A stretch of DNA of 64,000 nt, taken from NCBI GenBank assembly GCA_951406725.2, contig OX597832.1:35278001-35342000 (forward strand), read 5' to 3'. Under the pieces are notes generated by a model. That model ran no database searches. It saw only the letters and a list, made by a program, of their open reading frames with translations, and had not been told where the DNA came from. This document shows, one piece after another, positions 53,230 through 64,000 of the stretch. Every line of letters starts with the position of its first letter. The first letter of the stretch is position 1. The translations under genes were made by a program, and so were the position numbers. This DNA comes from Octopus vulgaris. Taxonomy: Eukaryota.

Positions 53230-53770
53230 ATGATGTTCAAGGTCTTGAGGTCATCCTTCACTATTTCATCCTATGTTTTCCTGGGTCTCCCTCCTCAGCA
53301 AACTCAATCCACATTAAGTGAGCAACACTTTATGCAGCTGTCCTATTCCACATGCAGAACATGTCCATACCAGTGCATTCTTTTATCTTGCACATTATAT
53401 CTGATTCGTCTTCTGCCTAGTTTTCCCTCAAAACAGTTGTACTTGAATGTATAATGTGAGTGTACATGAACAATTAACAGAGTACGCTAGCTTAATTTCT
53501 CTCCAGTCTTCTCAAGTCCTCTGCATTCAATGTTCCTGTTTCATTACAGTGCAGTATTGCAGTTCCAACAAACATCAAACAATTTGTCTTCTATCGGAGG
53601 AAGAAGATATTTATTGCCAATGTTAGCAGCTCTCTGAACTTTCTCCAACTGGTTTTTACCCTGGCTGCTATACTTTCAGAACAACCACCTAGCTTGCTAA
53701 TTACATCTCCTAGCTATTAAAAGCTATCAGCTAATTCTAGTGAGCCATCTGGGTATTTAAGAAAATTTAC
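53230..53770 (-). mobile_element. RTE LINE C-terminal fragment
   Basis: Reverse-complement similarity to 46710-47210 (WYGHV and RPRK regions). Confidence 0.7.
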
Positions 53771-53964
53771 TTAATGTGTTAATATAAAGAATTGAAGTGT
53801 ATTTGGTCCAACTGCAATACAGCTAAAGTGATTAGAAACAAAATTAAAATGCTATTGGCAAAATCTTCCAAAAATATTTGTGTATATATGCACAATAAGC
53901 TTCCTCTGTTATGATTTTAAGGTAAATCTTTTGTTCTCTTTCTCTCTCTTTGTTCCTATTGCAG

Positions 53965-54482
53965 AAGCAATACCATGTTGTTTTTGGTGAACAACTCAAG
54001 AGTGAGGAGAGCTTGGTGACAGGGTGCATTATCGTCATGAAGGACCCAATTCTTCATGCCCCACCGATCTGGTCACTTCTGTTGAAAGTCCTCCCTCAAA
54101 CACTTCAAAACATCATTGTCTTCTGACCGTCTGCATGCACAAACATTTCCAGAGGTGACGCTTGTGGAAGGTCTTCCGGGGACACTTTGAGGCACCCATG
54201 CCACTTGAAACATTGTGTACGACCCATTGCCTTATTGATGTAAGCTTACTGAAGCATATTCAATGTCTTTGTAACAGATTTCTCAAGTTTAACAAAAAAT
54301 TTCACATTGACTCATTGTTCCATGACAAAAATCACTAACTACAGCCGTAAATTTCACAACTTGCAAAGTAAACACGGCAAAGTCACTTGGTACACTGCTA
54401 GCTCTGACTGTGCAAGCAACTATATGCTACCATCTGTTGGTGCACTACAAAACTAGTCCAGGAACTTTTTCATACCACCTTG
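53965..54482 (-). mobile_element. mariner-like remnant with one TIR
   Basis: TIR-like ccaggaactttttcataccaccttg|ta; minus-strand HDNAPCH and GRP motifs. Confidence 0.65.
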
Positions 54483-54567
54483 TATATATATAATAGATGC
54501 TATGAATAGACAATTTTTCAAAAAAAGAGGCTGCCACATTATTCAATCAGCCAGTATTTTCTTAACA

Positions 54568-55040
54568 ATCATCATCATCATTTAGCATCCATTTTCCATG
54601 CTACCATGGGTAACACTGAGGCTGGTAAGCCAGAGAGCCACACCAGGCTGCAGTCTGTTTTAGCTTGGTCTCTACAGTTGGATGCACTTCCTAATGCCAA
54701 CCACTCCACAATGTACTAGGTGTCTTTTACATGTCACTGGCATTAGCCATGACTATGATTTCTCTTAGCTTGACATGTCTTCTCAAGCACAGCAAATCGC
54801 CAAAGATTTTGGTCACTTGTCATTGCTTCTGTGAGCCTCAACATCAGTAGATCATATCTTACCACCATGTCCCATGCCTTCCTGGGTCCACCTCTTCCAC
54901 AGGTTCCCTCCACAGTTAGCAATCAGCACTTCTTTATGCAGCAGTCCCAATCCATATACATCACATGACCACACCAGCACAGTCTTCTCTCTTGCACACT
55001 ACATTTAATGTCTATTATATTCAATTTTTCTCTCAAGACA
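54568..55040 (-). mobile_element. RTE LINE 3' end
   Basis: (CAT)n tail and reverse complement of the VEGTCGRG coding region. Confidence 0.85.
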
Positions 55041-55779
55041 CACACTGTCATATGTTGATAATGAACTGAACATTAACATTGGTATATATAAAATTTTGAA
55101 TCTATTAGTAAAAAAGGTTGACTGAATACAAATTACTTTTTATGTAGTAAGTAGATTTGCTCTCACTGAAATCAAATGCATCACTTATTGAAATAATAAA
55201 ATGAAGGAAGTTACATTCCCATTAGGAAAATAAAGTGAATAGCAGCATGTGAATTGAAGGTCAGGTATCAAGGAGACTATTTGGGGGTTCTTGGTAGAAA
55301 CAATCAGATCTCCAACATTTTTCTGTCTATTAAGGTTAGGTCTAATGCTTGTCAAATACAGAGATAACTTAAAAACAATAGAATATTTTAATTATACCTT
55401 CACCACATTAAAAATTCTTTATTGCAGTTGAATTTATCAAAGTTTTGATGTTCTATTTATATATAAACTATTTCACAAATTTCTTTTTCCTATTTAAAAG
55501 ACATTACCTTTCATTAAAATGACAGTAGTCATGGTAACATATCTGAAAATTACACTTTTTAAATTCCTCATACTAATACAGGTTTTTGTATACAGTCAGG
55601 AAACACATGAAGACAAAGGAAAATACAAATTCATTGAAACAGGTACACAGATACACATACACATAATTATATAAGGTTTTATGCCACTCAAGTGGCTGTT
55701 GAGCACAAATTATGAATTATGTGTGAAATTTGTGTGTCTTCTTTTTATTCTAAATATGTATGAGTATCTTTTATAATTT

Positions 55780-56112
55780 TTAGTTTTAGTTATTGGACTG
55801 TAGCTATGCTGGGACATCGCTTTGAATAGTTTAATCTAACAGATCACCTTCAGTTCTAATTTTTCTAAGTCTGGTACTTCTATCAGTCTGTTAAGGGAAC
55901 ATAAACAAACCAACACAGATTGTCAAGCAGTGGGAAGACAAACCAACACACATACGATGAGCTTCCACAGAGTTTCCATCAACCAAATTTACCCACAAAG
56001 CATTGGTTACCTTGAGACTATAGAAGACACTTGCCCAAGGTGCTGCATAGCAGAACTTACCCAAAAGTATGTTTGCAAAGCAAGTTTAAGCACACAGCCA
56101 TACTTGTGCCTG
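55780..56112 (-). mobile_element. Diverged SINE copy
   Basis: ctatagaagacacttgcccaaggtgc and cacacagcca match 19693-20101; another head fragment lies at ~56295-56405. Confidence 0.7.
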
Positions 56113-57476
56113 TATATGCTTGGTAATCGCTGGTATCATGCACACCAGACTTGTACAGCTGCTGAAGATGTGCAACAATCATTGAATTATTGTGTGTAAT
56201 ATAGTCTACTGCCAATGATACTGAGGTTCACCTCTTTTGACGTTTCACATGGTTTGTTTATATATATGAATACCCACTATAGTCTTCTTTGGTTTGACCC
56301 ATGACTGTGGCACAGAAGACCAGCCAACAATGTTCACACAGTGGGACCAAACTCCTAACCATGTGGTTTTCAAGTGAACTTCTTAACCACATAGCCATGC
56401 CTGTGTCAATAATTTTTATTTTTAATTAGTTATTCTAGAAATTTTTACTGCTGAAATTTAAAAAGCCTCGTTTTCACCAAGGTTGTTACTAATATAAAAG
56501 TAACTAATCAAAGCCTAATACTACAAATAAACACAAACATCACTGAATCCTGAAATGCATATAACCTAATTTCAGATGCTGTTGTTTGAAGTTGAAAAAC
56601 TGGAACGAAGGGTGGGAAAGTTTAATCCTCATTTCGAAATAACTTCCAGTTTATAACGTGGGTTTATTTTGGGGCTTTTTTGGAGTGAATTGTAATGAAT
56701 ATTTTCTTCCTTTAATTTATGGGTATCATGGTAGTTAATAACTAAAGCATTTAAGTTAGAATTTGATTATATTTATCATTACTTATTAATGGTTTAATTA
56801 AAGAAAAAGAGTTTGAGCTTGACAAAAATAATTACAGTAATATTTCAGTGTTATCTGTGCACACTAATGATATAAGACGATATCAAGATTGAATGGTTCT
56901 GAATTGTTGTAAAAGCTATTTATAACAATGCTATTTCTGTTAGTGACGAGGGCCATACAAGCAAAGTCCATTGAGCATTTTCAACTTTTCATCCTGAAGA
57001 GATTTTTGTTAGTTGGAGCAGTGTGACCACAAGATATGCACAGCAAAAGGGCAACTCCACCTTTATTATATAAATAGAGGAGACAAACGCATATCTCAGA
57101 ATACTTGTAATGGGAATTGTGCAGCTTCTAAGTTAGAGACAGTTGGTACACATATTCAGCTCAGAGACATGAATTGATATCTTGTAAATGTATATGAAAA
57201 CATTTATCTGTAATCAACTTACCTATATACAACCTACCTTGGCATGTGACAATAATATCATAACAGGTTAAAAACTATTTTCACAAATGTACACCAACAA
57301 TCATGACATCCAGTCAAGTTTCATCCAAATTTAGGCAATAATTATATTTCTATAATTTTTATAACGGACTAACTGCATTCCATCAAAAGCAGTGGTTATC
57401 TATCATATGTATCAGGTATCAATCAACAACTTCCAACCTTGGTGATGTCTTTCTACACCTCACTACTCACTTTTAA

Positions 57477-57676
57477 CCCTTTAGCATTCAGGTGATTCTG
57501 TGAAATGTAATTCTTATTCACTTTGTTTTGAATTAATCATGAATTATCTCATCACTTCAAGATTTTGATGTGATTGTTTATTTTTAGAATGACATTGTGG
57601 GGTGAGTGCAAGATGTTGGATCTGACCATTTTTAACATAAATGAGGTCGGATATAGCCTGTTTGAATGCTTAAGTG
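57477..57676. mobile_element. piggyBac-type MITE, same family as 43127-43345
   Basis: TTAA|CCCTTTAGCATTC...GAATGCTTAAGTG|TTAA with a matching internal sequence. Confidence 0.85.
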
Positions 57677-57889
57677 TTAATCCTTCTTCAAATATCTGTT
57701 TTGGTCTTGCCACTTCTAGCATCTGTTAATCTTGTCCATCATCATAAAAATGTTTCGGTTTTCTCAAACAAACTCAGATATCAGGTTTACTCATTACAAC
57801 AGTTAGGCATACTAGCCATCACTTATAATGGACCAGCTAGAATGCCATACACTCTACATCTGCCACTCTTGTCCTTTTACCAAATATAT

Positions 57890-58780
57890 TGATTGATACA
57901 CTCATTCACACATCTTTCCATGAAAAAGCTAACACAATATTTGGAATGTTTTCAAGCCTGGATGACCACATAGGATTCAACATCAAACATTTCAGTAACA
58001 CTGAACCCCCGTCTCAACTCAACTTTCACCCTAATGTCACAGACGAAGGTAACATCAATAACAAATTCTGTAAGAAAGATGACAACTGAGATTGTATCCA
58101 CTACCGATCAGCCTGCTCTGTCAGCACTAAGGCTAGCTACATACAAAATGAACACACACATATCCAGTAGAGTGCAATAACATTGAAGATTAGACCATTC
58201 ATACCATAAATTTCCAAAAGGGATGAGATATCCAGCATCCATTTAGATGTCAGGAACCCAAGAAATGCAAGAACTTATTGAATACCTGTTTCTGAAGTTA
58301 CCACACTTTGAAGACAGTATAAGTGTTCCTAATGCATTAAAGATTAGATATATAATTGGGTATCTCAGGACTTTCTCCATCCCCACAGAAATGTTTATGA
58401 AAGAAAAGGCTCCCTGACAATAGAGACCTATGTACACTGGCTGATTGCACCATCTGCAACATGGACATGTGCTTGTATAATTACATCACATATCAGATCT
58501 TGAGCATTGGCTGGGTGATTTGAACATTAAATATCCAAATCAAAAACATCTCCAATGTGCAAGCAGTATTGTTAAAAAAAGAAAATCCTGTAAAAATGCA
58601 GCGACATAAGAACCTAGCATGGAAGCCACAGACAGTAGTGTCAATAAACTGCAGATAAAAGAAACCATTCGGAACAACAACAACAAAAAGCCAGCAATTA
58701 ACAACTGGATCAAATTGAATGAGTGCCAGCAGCTATTGTAAATAACCACACCCTACTGTCACCAAGTACCACAAGATTCA
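57890..58780 (+). mobile_element. Degenerate Penelope-like remnant, tentative
   Basis: NIKHF..EP..QLNF, IHYRSA and IKETI..KPAIN fragments resemble PLE thumb and endonuclease C-terminus. Confidence 0.45.
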
Positions 58781-60586
58781 ATTCAATTTCTCCAGGCACA
58801 CCTCATCCTGACAATGATAACCCATATAACACGTAATCCAAAGATCACACACAAGAAAGTCAGGCAAACATAATGGGCGTGTAATTTATATCCTATTTTA
58901 GTAACGGTTTTCTCAAGCCAAAATATAATCACAACATCAAATATTTCTAAGGTAATATTTTAATAGCTTTGTTATTTTCATAATGCTTTATCTATATTGC
59001 TACTGTCTTCTATATCAGACAGATTTTCTACACAATTATTCAATGCATTAAGCAAACTACAACATTCTTCCATGACAAAGTTGTACAACTTTGCAATAGA
59101 AGAAATGTGATTTGTCAGGTGCATTGAATTACCTGATGGCTAGCAGACCTTCCCATTCTGCCACAAGCATTTAAGCGCTCCTACTAGTCTCGGAGGTCAT
59201 AGGTACAGCCTTCCCCGCTGATTATCCTGACTAAAAGTTGACTATTTTTTTTTCAACTACAAGTTGCTTTTGGTTCACCTTAAGAAACCTCTCCTCATGT
59301 CAAATATTTATAGCACACTGATTGTATTGCATGCAAACAAATTTAGTCGGCATTAAAATATTTAGGTAGATGAATGAATTTTCTATCAGGATTGTCATCA
59401 AGATTGCCTCCGTATTCTACGAAAGGATGATCGACAATTCATTAGGTTAAGGCCCATCTTTCGACTTCCGTTTTGAGAGAGAAATTTAGATGAGAATAAT
59501 TTTCAGCTCGGATTTCGAGTCACATTTCATAAAGTTTACAAGAGTAAAAACATGAGAAAAGGAACAAAATTACAAAAGAAATAACGAAAAGGATGTGCGT
59601 GCGCGCGGCAAAACGATAAACAAAAATAGAATAGCAAAGTACACTTAACGTTTCATTTATTAGAAGAAAAAAGTTGATAAATGAGAATTTTACAATTTTT
59701 TTCAGTCAACAAATTTGATGTTGAAGTCAGTGGGCGAAACTAAAGTGCAAATGATTATAACAAATATTATACAAGCTATTTAAGAAATAAACTTGTCATA
59801 AACTGAAGTGCAATTTCTGAGGAGGTGCAATTATTATGGACTTTGGTAAATGTCATTTGGATTTCCGAAAGTGAAATGCCAATGTCGACAAGAGAAACTG
59901 CAAAAATCTAAAATATGTAACATGTTCCAGCAAAATATAGTTCACCTGATCGCACAAATACAATGAGACCAAATTGTGTACGAAGTTGCTTACTCTAATT
60001 ATTTTGACAATCGGTCCGGCGAATCCAATTAAAATGGAGCAGGAGAAATGTGAGAAAACTGGTTGGAGGGGAAGAGAAGGAAATGAATGAGGAGCGATTG
60101 TGACATTCGGTAAATAAAGGCTTCTTCTTCGATTGAACAGAAAAGAAAGTAAATAGCGAAGTGAATACATTAGGAATAAACGTCACTTGAAAGTGCAACA
60201 CCTACACATTATTCAAATTTAGCTCAGGATTGCCACAAATTTTCGGAAGTCGGCTACGAAAAGGTTTCAATGCAAAAAGGAGAGGAAAATTCATAAATGA
60301 AATTATTATAAACATAAAACTCCAAAATAAAACCAAATAATTTCAGATCATTAAACGTTAATAAACTGGAACCAGAGAAGATTCGATTTTCAAAATACCC
60401 AAACCATCAACATTTTCAGGTGTTTCTTCGTTTCTTTTCCCTCCCTCGCTCAGATCTTCCCAATTATTCGACCAAATCTGCTTCGTTCATTTAATTCCAC
60501 AATTTTAATTGAGATTCAATCGAATCCAGGAAGAAAACTTGTTGCTGCTGGGATGGGGCCTCGGATTAAGAAGAACGTCTACTTAC

Positions 60587-60590
60587 CCAT
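60587..60590 (-). CDS. SH3KBP1: Coding exon 1 (ATG+G) of SH3KBP1/CD2AP-family adaptor gene
   Basis: Minus strand reads ATGG|GTAAGT, a consensus donor, inside the CpG-rich region. Phase 1 joins exon 2 to give [10 protein letters not shown], comparable to the MVEAIVEFDY/MVDYIVEYDY N-termini of CIN85/CD2AP. Confidence 0.8.
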
Positions 60591-60790
60591 TTATGAATAT
60601 CCCTGTTTCTTTTTATATGCCTTAAAAACTAGTGATTGCAATTAAACATTCATAAATAGAAGCCGTTCAGAGGGAAAAAAGGAGCAAAGACTGCATAATA
60701 TCTTCTTCTGTTGTGATCACCAAAAATGGCGCTAAATCACGTGAATAGACAACTACTTCCGGTTGGGGAAACCAAGGGCAGATAACTGTC
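60591..60790 (-). promoter_or_regulatory. 5'UTR and core promoter with YY1-, E-box- and ETS-like motifs
   Basis: AAAATGGCG (60723-60731, YY1-like), TCACGTGA (60737-60744, palindromic E-box) and ACTTCCGG (60755-60762, ETS) are clustered 130-170 bp upstream of the ATG. No TATA box seen. Confidence 0.65.
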
Positions 60791-62689
60791 AGTCATCGTA
60801 ACGAAACTGAATGAAATCAAAGACTTTTCATTGATAGGAAGAAGACGTCCTCTCGCCTCGCCTCATGTGTAATAGACATCGTAACGCGATGACTTTCTAT
60901 CCTCGATTCTTACAAAAATCGAATTTCCTGATCGCTTTTCAATACTTCCGCAGTTTATAATTTGCCTTTGTTTTCATTTTTGGTTGTACTTTTGATTCGA
61001 AATCGCTTCTTTTATAGGAAATGGTCAAACGATTTTAAAGGAACTTACTTATAGATTACTTTACTTTCTGTCACTCAATTAGATTAACCAACAATATTTT
61101 TTATTTAACAGTGAATACAGAATTCCATTTTCAAACGTGAAATGTGCCGAGCCCAGAAGGCATCCTGTAAGATCTGTGAGAAATATCAACCAAATCTGCT
61201 CTAATTCACATTCTACTGCTTAAAAGAGGAAATAATATATTCGATGGTGTGGTGCTGGGTTTACCGTGGAAAAAATAACTGATGGTCACAACTGGAATGC
61301 CTTTGATTATAGGTCAGATCGATACAGACTGTCCTGGGGCGATACTGAAGCATGCACACATACACACGTATGTTATTTATTATTTTGAAGGATACGGTTT
61401 TGCAGTAGACCTGCAGGGAATTACAAAATATCTGAAGCACAAAAGGAATAGGGATGCAGGTAGATAAACGACTTAGGTGCGACAACTGATGCGGATTGGA
61501 ATTAATACACTGGACATCACTCACATCAGGAATGCCATCAGAGTATCACTTATAAATAAGGTGTCTTGAACGTTATAGACCAACATTTATAGAAAGAATA
61601 ATCCTGAGAATACAAATATAAGTTACGGTATGTGAAGGGATAAAATCTCATGATATGAAAGAATGCTAGTTGAATGTTTTATAAAAACTTCAATAAAATG
61701 CTAGTATCGATCTGGAACAGAGAAAAGAAAATATGCCCTGTAGTTGAAATCAGTTGCTCAGCAGGTGTTGACATGTTACAGTGTTAATGATTAGTAAGTG
61801 AAAAGAAAACGTGCTGAACTGATTTGAAATCTAGTTATTCTATCCAAGCTACAGCTTTAGGTTTTGGGGAATATTTGACTATCTCAGGGTTTCTCAAAAC
61901 CTGTAAGAACATATCTATTTAGATTACAACTGCAAGCTATCAAAGCCAGTCATAGTATGTAAAAACCTTGAAGCAGTAATAAACGCATACACACATAAAC
62001 ATACAATATTTTTGTGTACACACACAATAGACATACCGATCTCCACATCCATGCGAGCCAAACTAACCCGTTGATGTTTCTAAGCTGGCTCTTTCTCTAC
62101 TGGTAAGAAATTCGAAATATAAAACATTACAAAGCAGCAGAGTATCACGAAAGCTGTGAGACAGGATGGTTGCTTTATGTCAAGTGTTGAGATCTAAAGG
62201 TATGAGAGGAGCGCGAACAGGTTTATTGTTAAGGAGATTCATACCTACCTGCATGGGTAGGTGGAGGTGACTGGCACAGGGCCTGTAAGCGGAATAAATA
62301 TGGTAGTGACGAAGTGCAACAATGTATCCTCAAAGTAATATAATCAAGGTGAATAGAAGAGAGAAGAAGCAGGGAAGGTGAATATGGTTGAGAAGGAATT
62401 TAAGGGGAGAGTAAAAGAGGGATAAAAAACGTTGGATGGAAGTAGCCATATAAATATAAGGAATAGATGTATTGAATGATGAACAGGTATAGGTGTAATA
62501 AATATGAGCCATGGTGGGTAACATTAATGAGAATGAGAGATGGATGTCAATTGGAAGTAGCTTTGAGGAGTGAATTTATATTTAATTTGTAATATTTAGT
62601 GATAATAAAATTCTGATAACAATTTTCTTACTTTGCTGCCATTTTCACTTGTCATTAACATTCATTAAAATACTAAACTATCTGTCAAT

Positions 62690-62891
62690 ACCTTTCAGAT
62701 TTCTTCAATCTATTGCTTATTTATTCACATCATTTTGAATTAATTACACATTATTTTGTAGCTTCAAGATTTCAATGGTATGTTTCAAGAATGACATTGT
62801 AAGGTAGGTGTGAGGGGGTGGATCTGATCAATTTTGACTTAAAACAGGTAGAATATTTGGGCCAGATATGGCCTGATTAAATTCTAAAGGG
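62690..62891. mobile_element. piggyBac-type MITE, third copy, left end degraded
   Basis: Internal match to 43127-43345; ends CTAAAGGG|TTAA. Confidence 0.8.
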
Positions 62892-62907
62892 TTAAAAACA
62901 ATTTGTA

Positions 62908-63400
62908 CAGGGTGTCTCAAAAGTCACCAATGGGTTTCAATTTATAATAACTTCTTTAGCTTTACAAATAAATGCATGAAGTTTTGATTCAATATAAAGG
63001 ACATAATGGAAATTAATATGCACAAGTCAAATTTTGCAACACTTATGAAAAATGACATTGGTTCACATGCCTGTGCTCTTTCCAAAACTTGCATCATAAC
63101 ACTCAAAAGAGTTTCAGACCCACTTCTCTGATTTATTTATTGATGTTCTTCTTCAGTTGCACTAGGGTCTCCAGTTTGTTGATGTAAACCCTCTCTTTCA
63201 GGTATCCCCATAAGAAAAAATCCAAACTAGTCAACTCTGGAAAACGTGAAGGCCAGTTGACATTGCTGTAGTTGGAGATTTTTCTCTCTCCAAATCACTG
63301 CCGTAGCAACTGCATTGTTTCTCTTGCAGTATGAACAGTTGCCCCATCTTGCTGGAAACATGTGTGAAGCCTATTTTGAATGGCCTTCATGTTCCCCTGT
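62908..63400 (-). mobile_element. Tc1/mariner-superfamily 3' remnant
   Basis: TA|CAGGGTGTC TIR; minus-strand FQQDGATVH and WPSRFPELTSLDFFLWGYLKERVY. Confidence 0.85.
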
Positions 63401-64000
63401 CTTGACAAGCCTGGATGGTGCAAGTTTTGGAAAGAGACGAAGCCAAAAATGGTAGAGTTTTGAAAAATTTAGTTAAATAAAAAGTGTTGTGTAACTGTTT
63501 GAAAAAAAGGATAAAAGGCATTGTGTTTGATTGTTATCTCTCAGAAATACAATGATAGTGAAAATATGTCTTCAGTATGTAGGACAACTAATGCTTTATT
63601 GAGAATCATCATCATCCAGTGTTTTAATCTGGGAGTTAATGGCAGTGGCCGGATCTACCTCAATGCCATAGCAACCACCTTCACACCATCTTGCCTGGTT
63701 TTGGGCATCCTCCTTTTTCAAACCAACCCTCCCACTCTCCTCCTCCACCTGTCCCTTCCACCTTTTCTTTGGTCTACCTTTCGTGATCCATTTACCGCAA
63801 ACATAATCACCCTCCTCAGAACATGCTATTCATCCCTACCTCAACACATGCAGTAACTATTTAAGACCCAACCAAGGAATCCAAATCTTTGTGATGTAAT
63901 CATCATAACAAATTATTATAGTCCAGTATTTACTGATATGTTTCACTACTGCTTTCATTGCCACTATTTCTGAGCTAGACAATTGAAACTTATTATGAAG

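Larger units (their letters stand above)
59400..61150. promoter_or_regulatory. CpG-retaining region around the promoter and exon 1
   Basis: CG dinucleotides are visibly frequent here and rare in most of the gene body. Judged by eye, not computed. Confidence 0.6.

Noticed and set aside
58800-58870. Second hammerhead downstream of the tentative PLE remnant
   Set aside because: Only a weak ctgacaa match, with no supportable stems or properly placed GAAA box.
60800-64000. Divergent plus-strand gene from the same promoter
   Set aside because: No convincing exon or protein similarity seen; the region is mostly repeats.
1-64000. CRISPR arrays, operons, rRNA or prokaryotic systems
   Set aside because: The sequence is eukaryotic intronic DNA; no repeat-spacer array or rRNA similarity was seen.

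Overview
AT-rich, repeat-dense eukaryotic DNA. The tRNA-derived SINEs, RTE LINEs with (ATG)n tails and long (TA)n/(CA)n tracts suggest an octopus or other coleoid cephalopod (inference). The window holds the promoter and first four coding exons of one minus-strand gene, an SH3KBP1/CD2AP (CIN85/cindr)-family multi-SH3 adaptor. The exons are at 60587-60590, 30550-30707, 11868-11991 and 3292-3398/3404, and they splice in frame to give SH3-A, a linker and the start of SH3-B. The gene continues beyond base 1. Introns of about 29.9, 18.6 and 8.5 kb are filled with mostly decayed transposons: RTE and L1/Tx1 LINEs, Penelope-like elements, Tc1/mariner, Tigger/pogo, hAT, piggyBac, a Helitron-like element, SINEs and microsatellites. 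Most notable are a hammerhead-ribozyme-like motif beside a Penelope element, a 152-bp near-perfect intronic hairpin with an interlocked second inverted repeat, an RTE reverse transcriptase with an inserted PHD-type finger, in-frame alternative splice sites, and many inverted repeats that could form dsRNA in the pre-mRNA. Boundaries of decayed elements are approximate and were read by eye.
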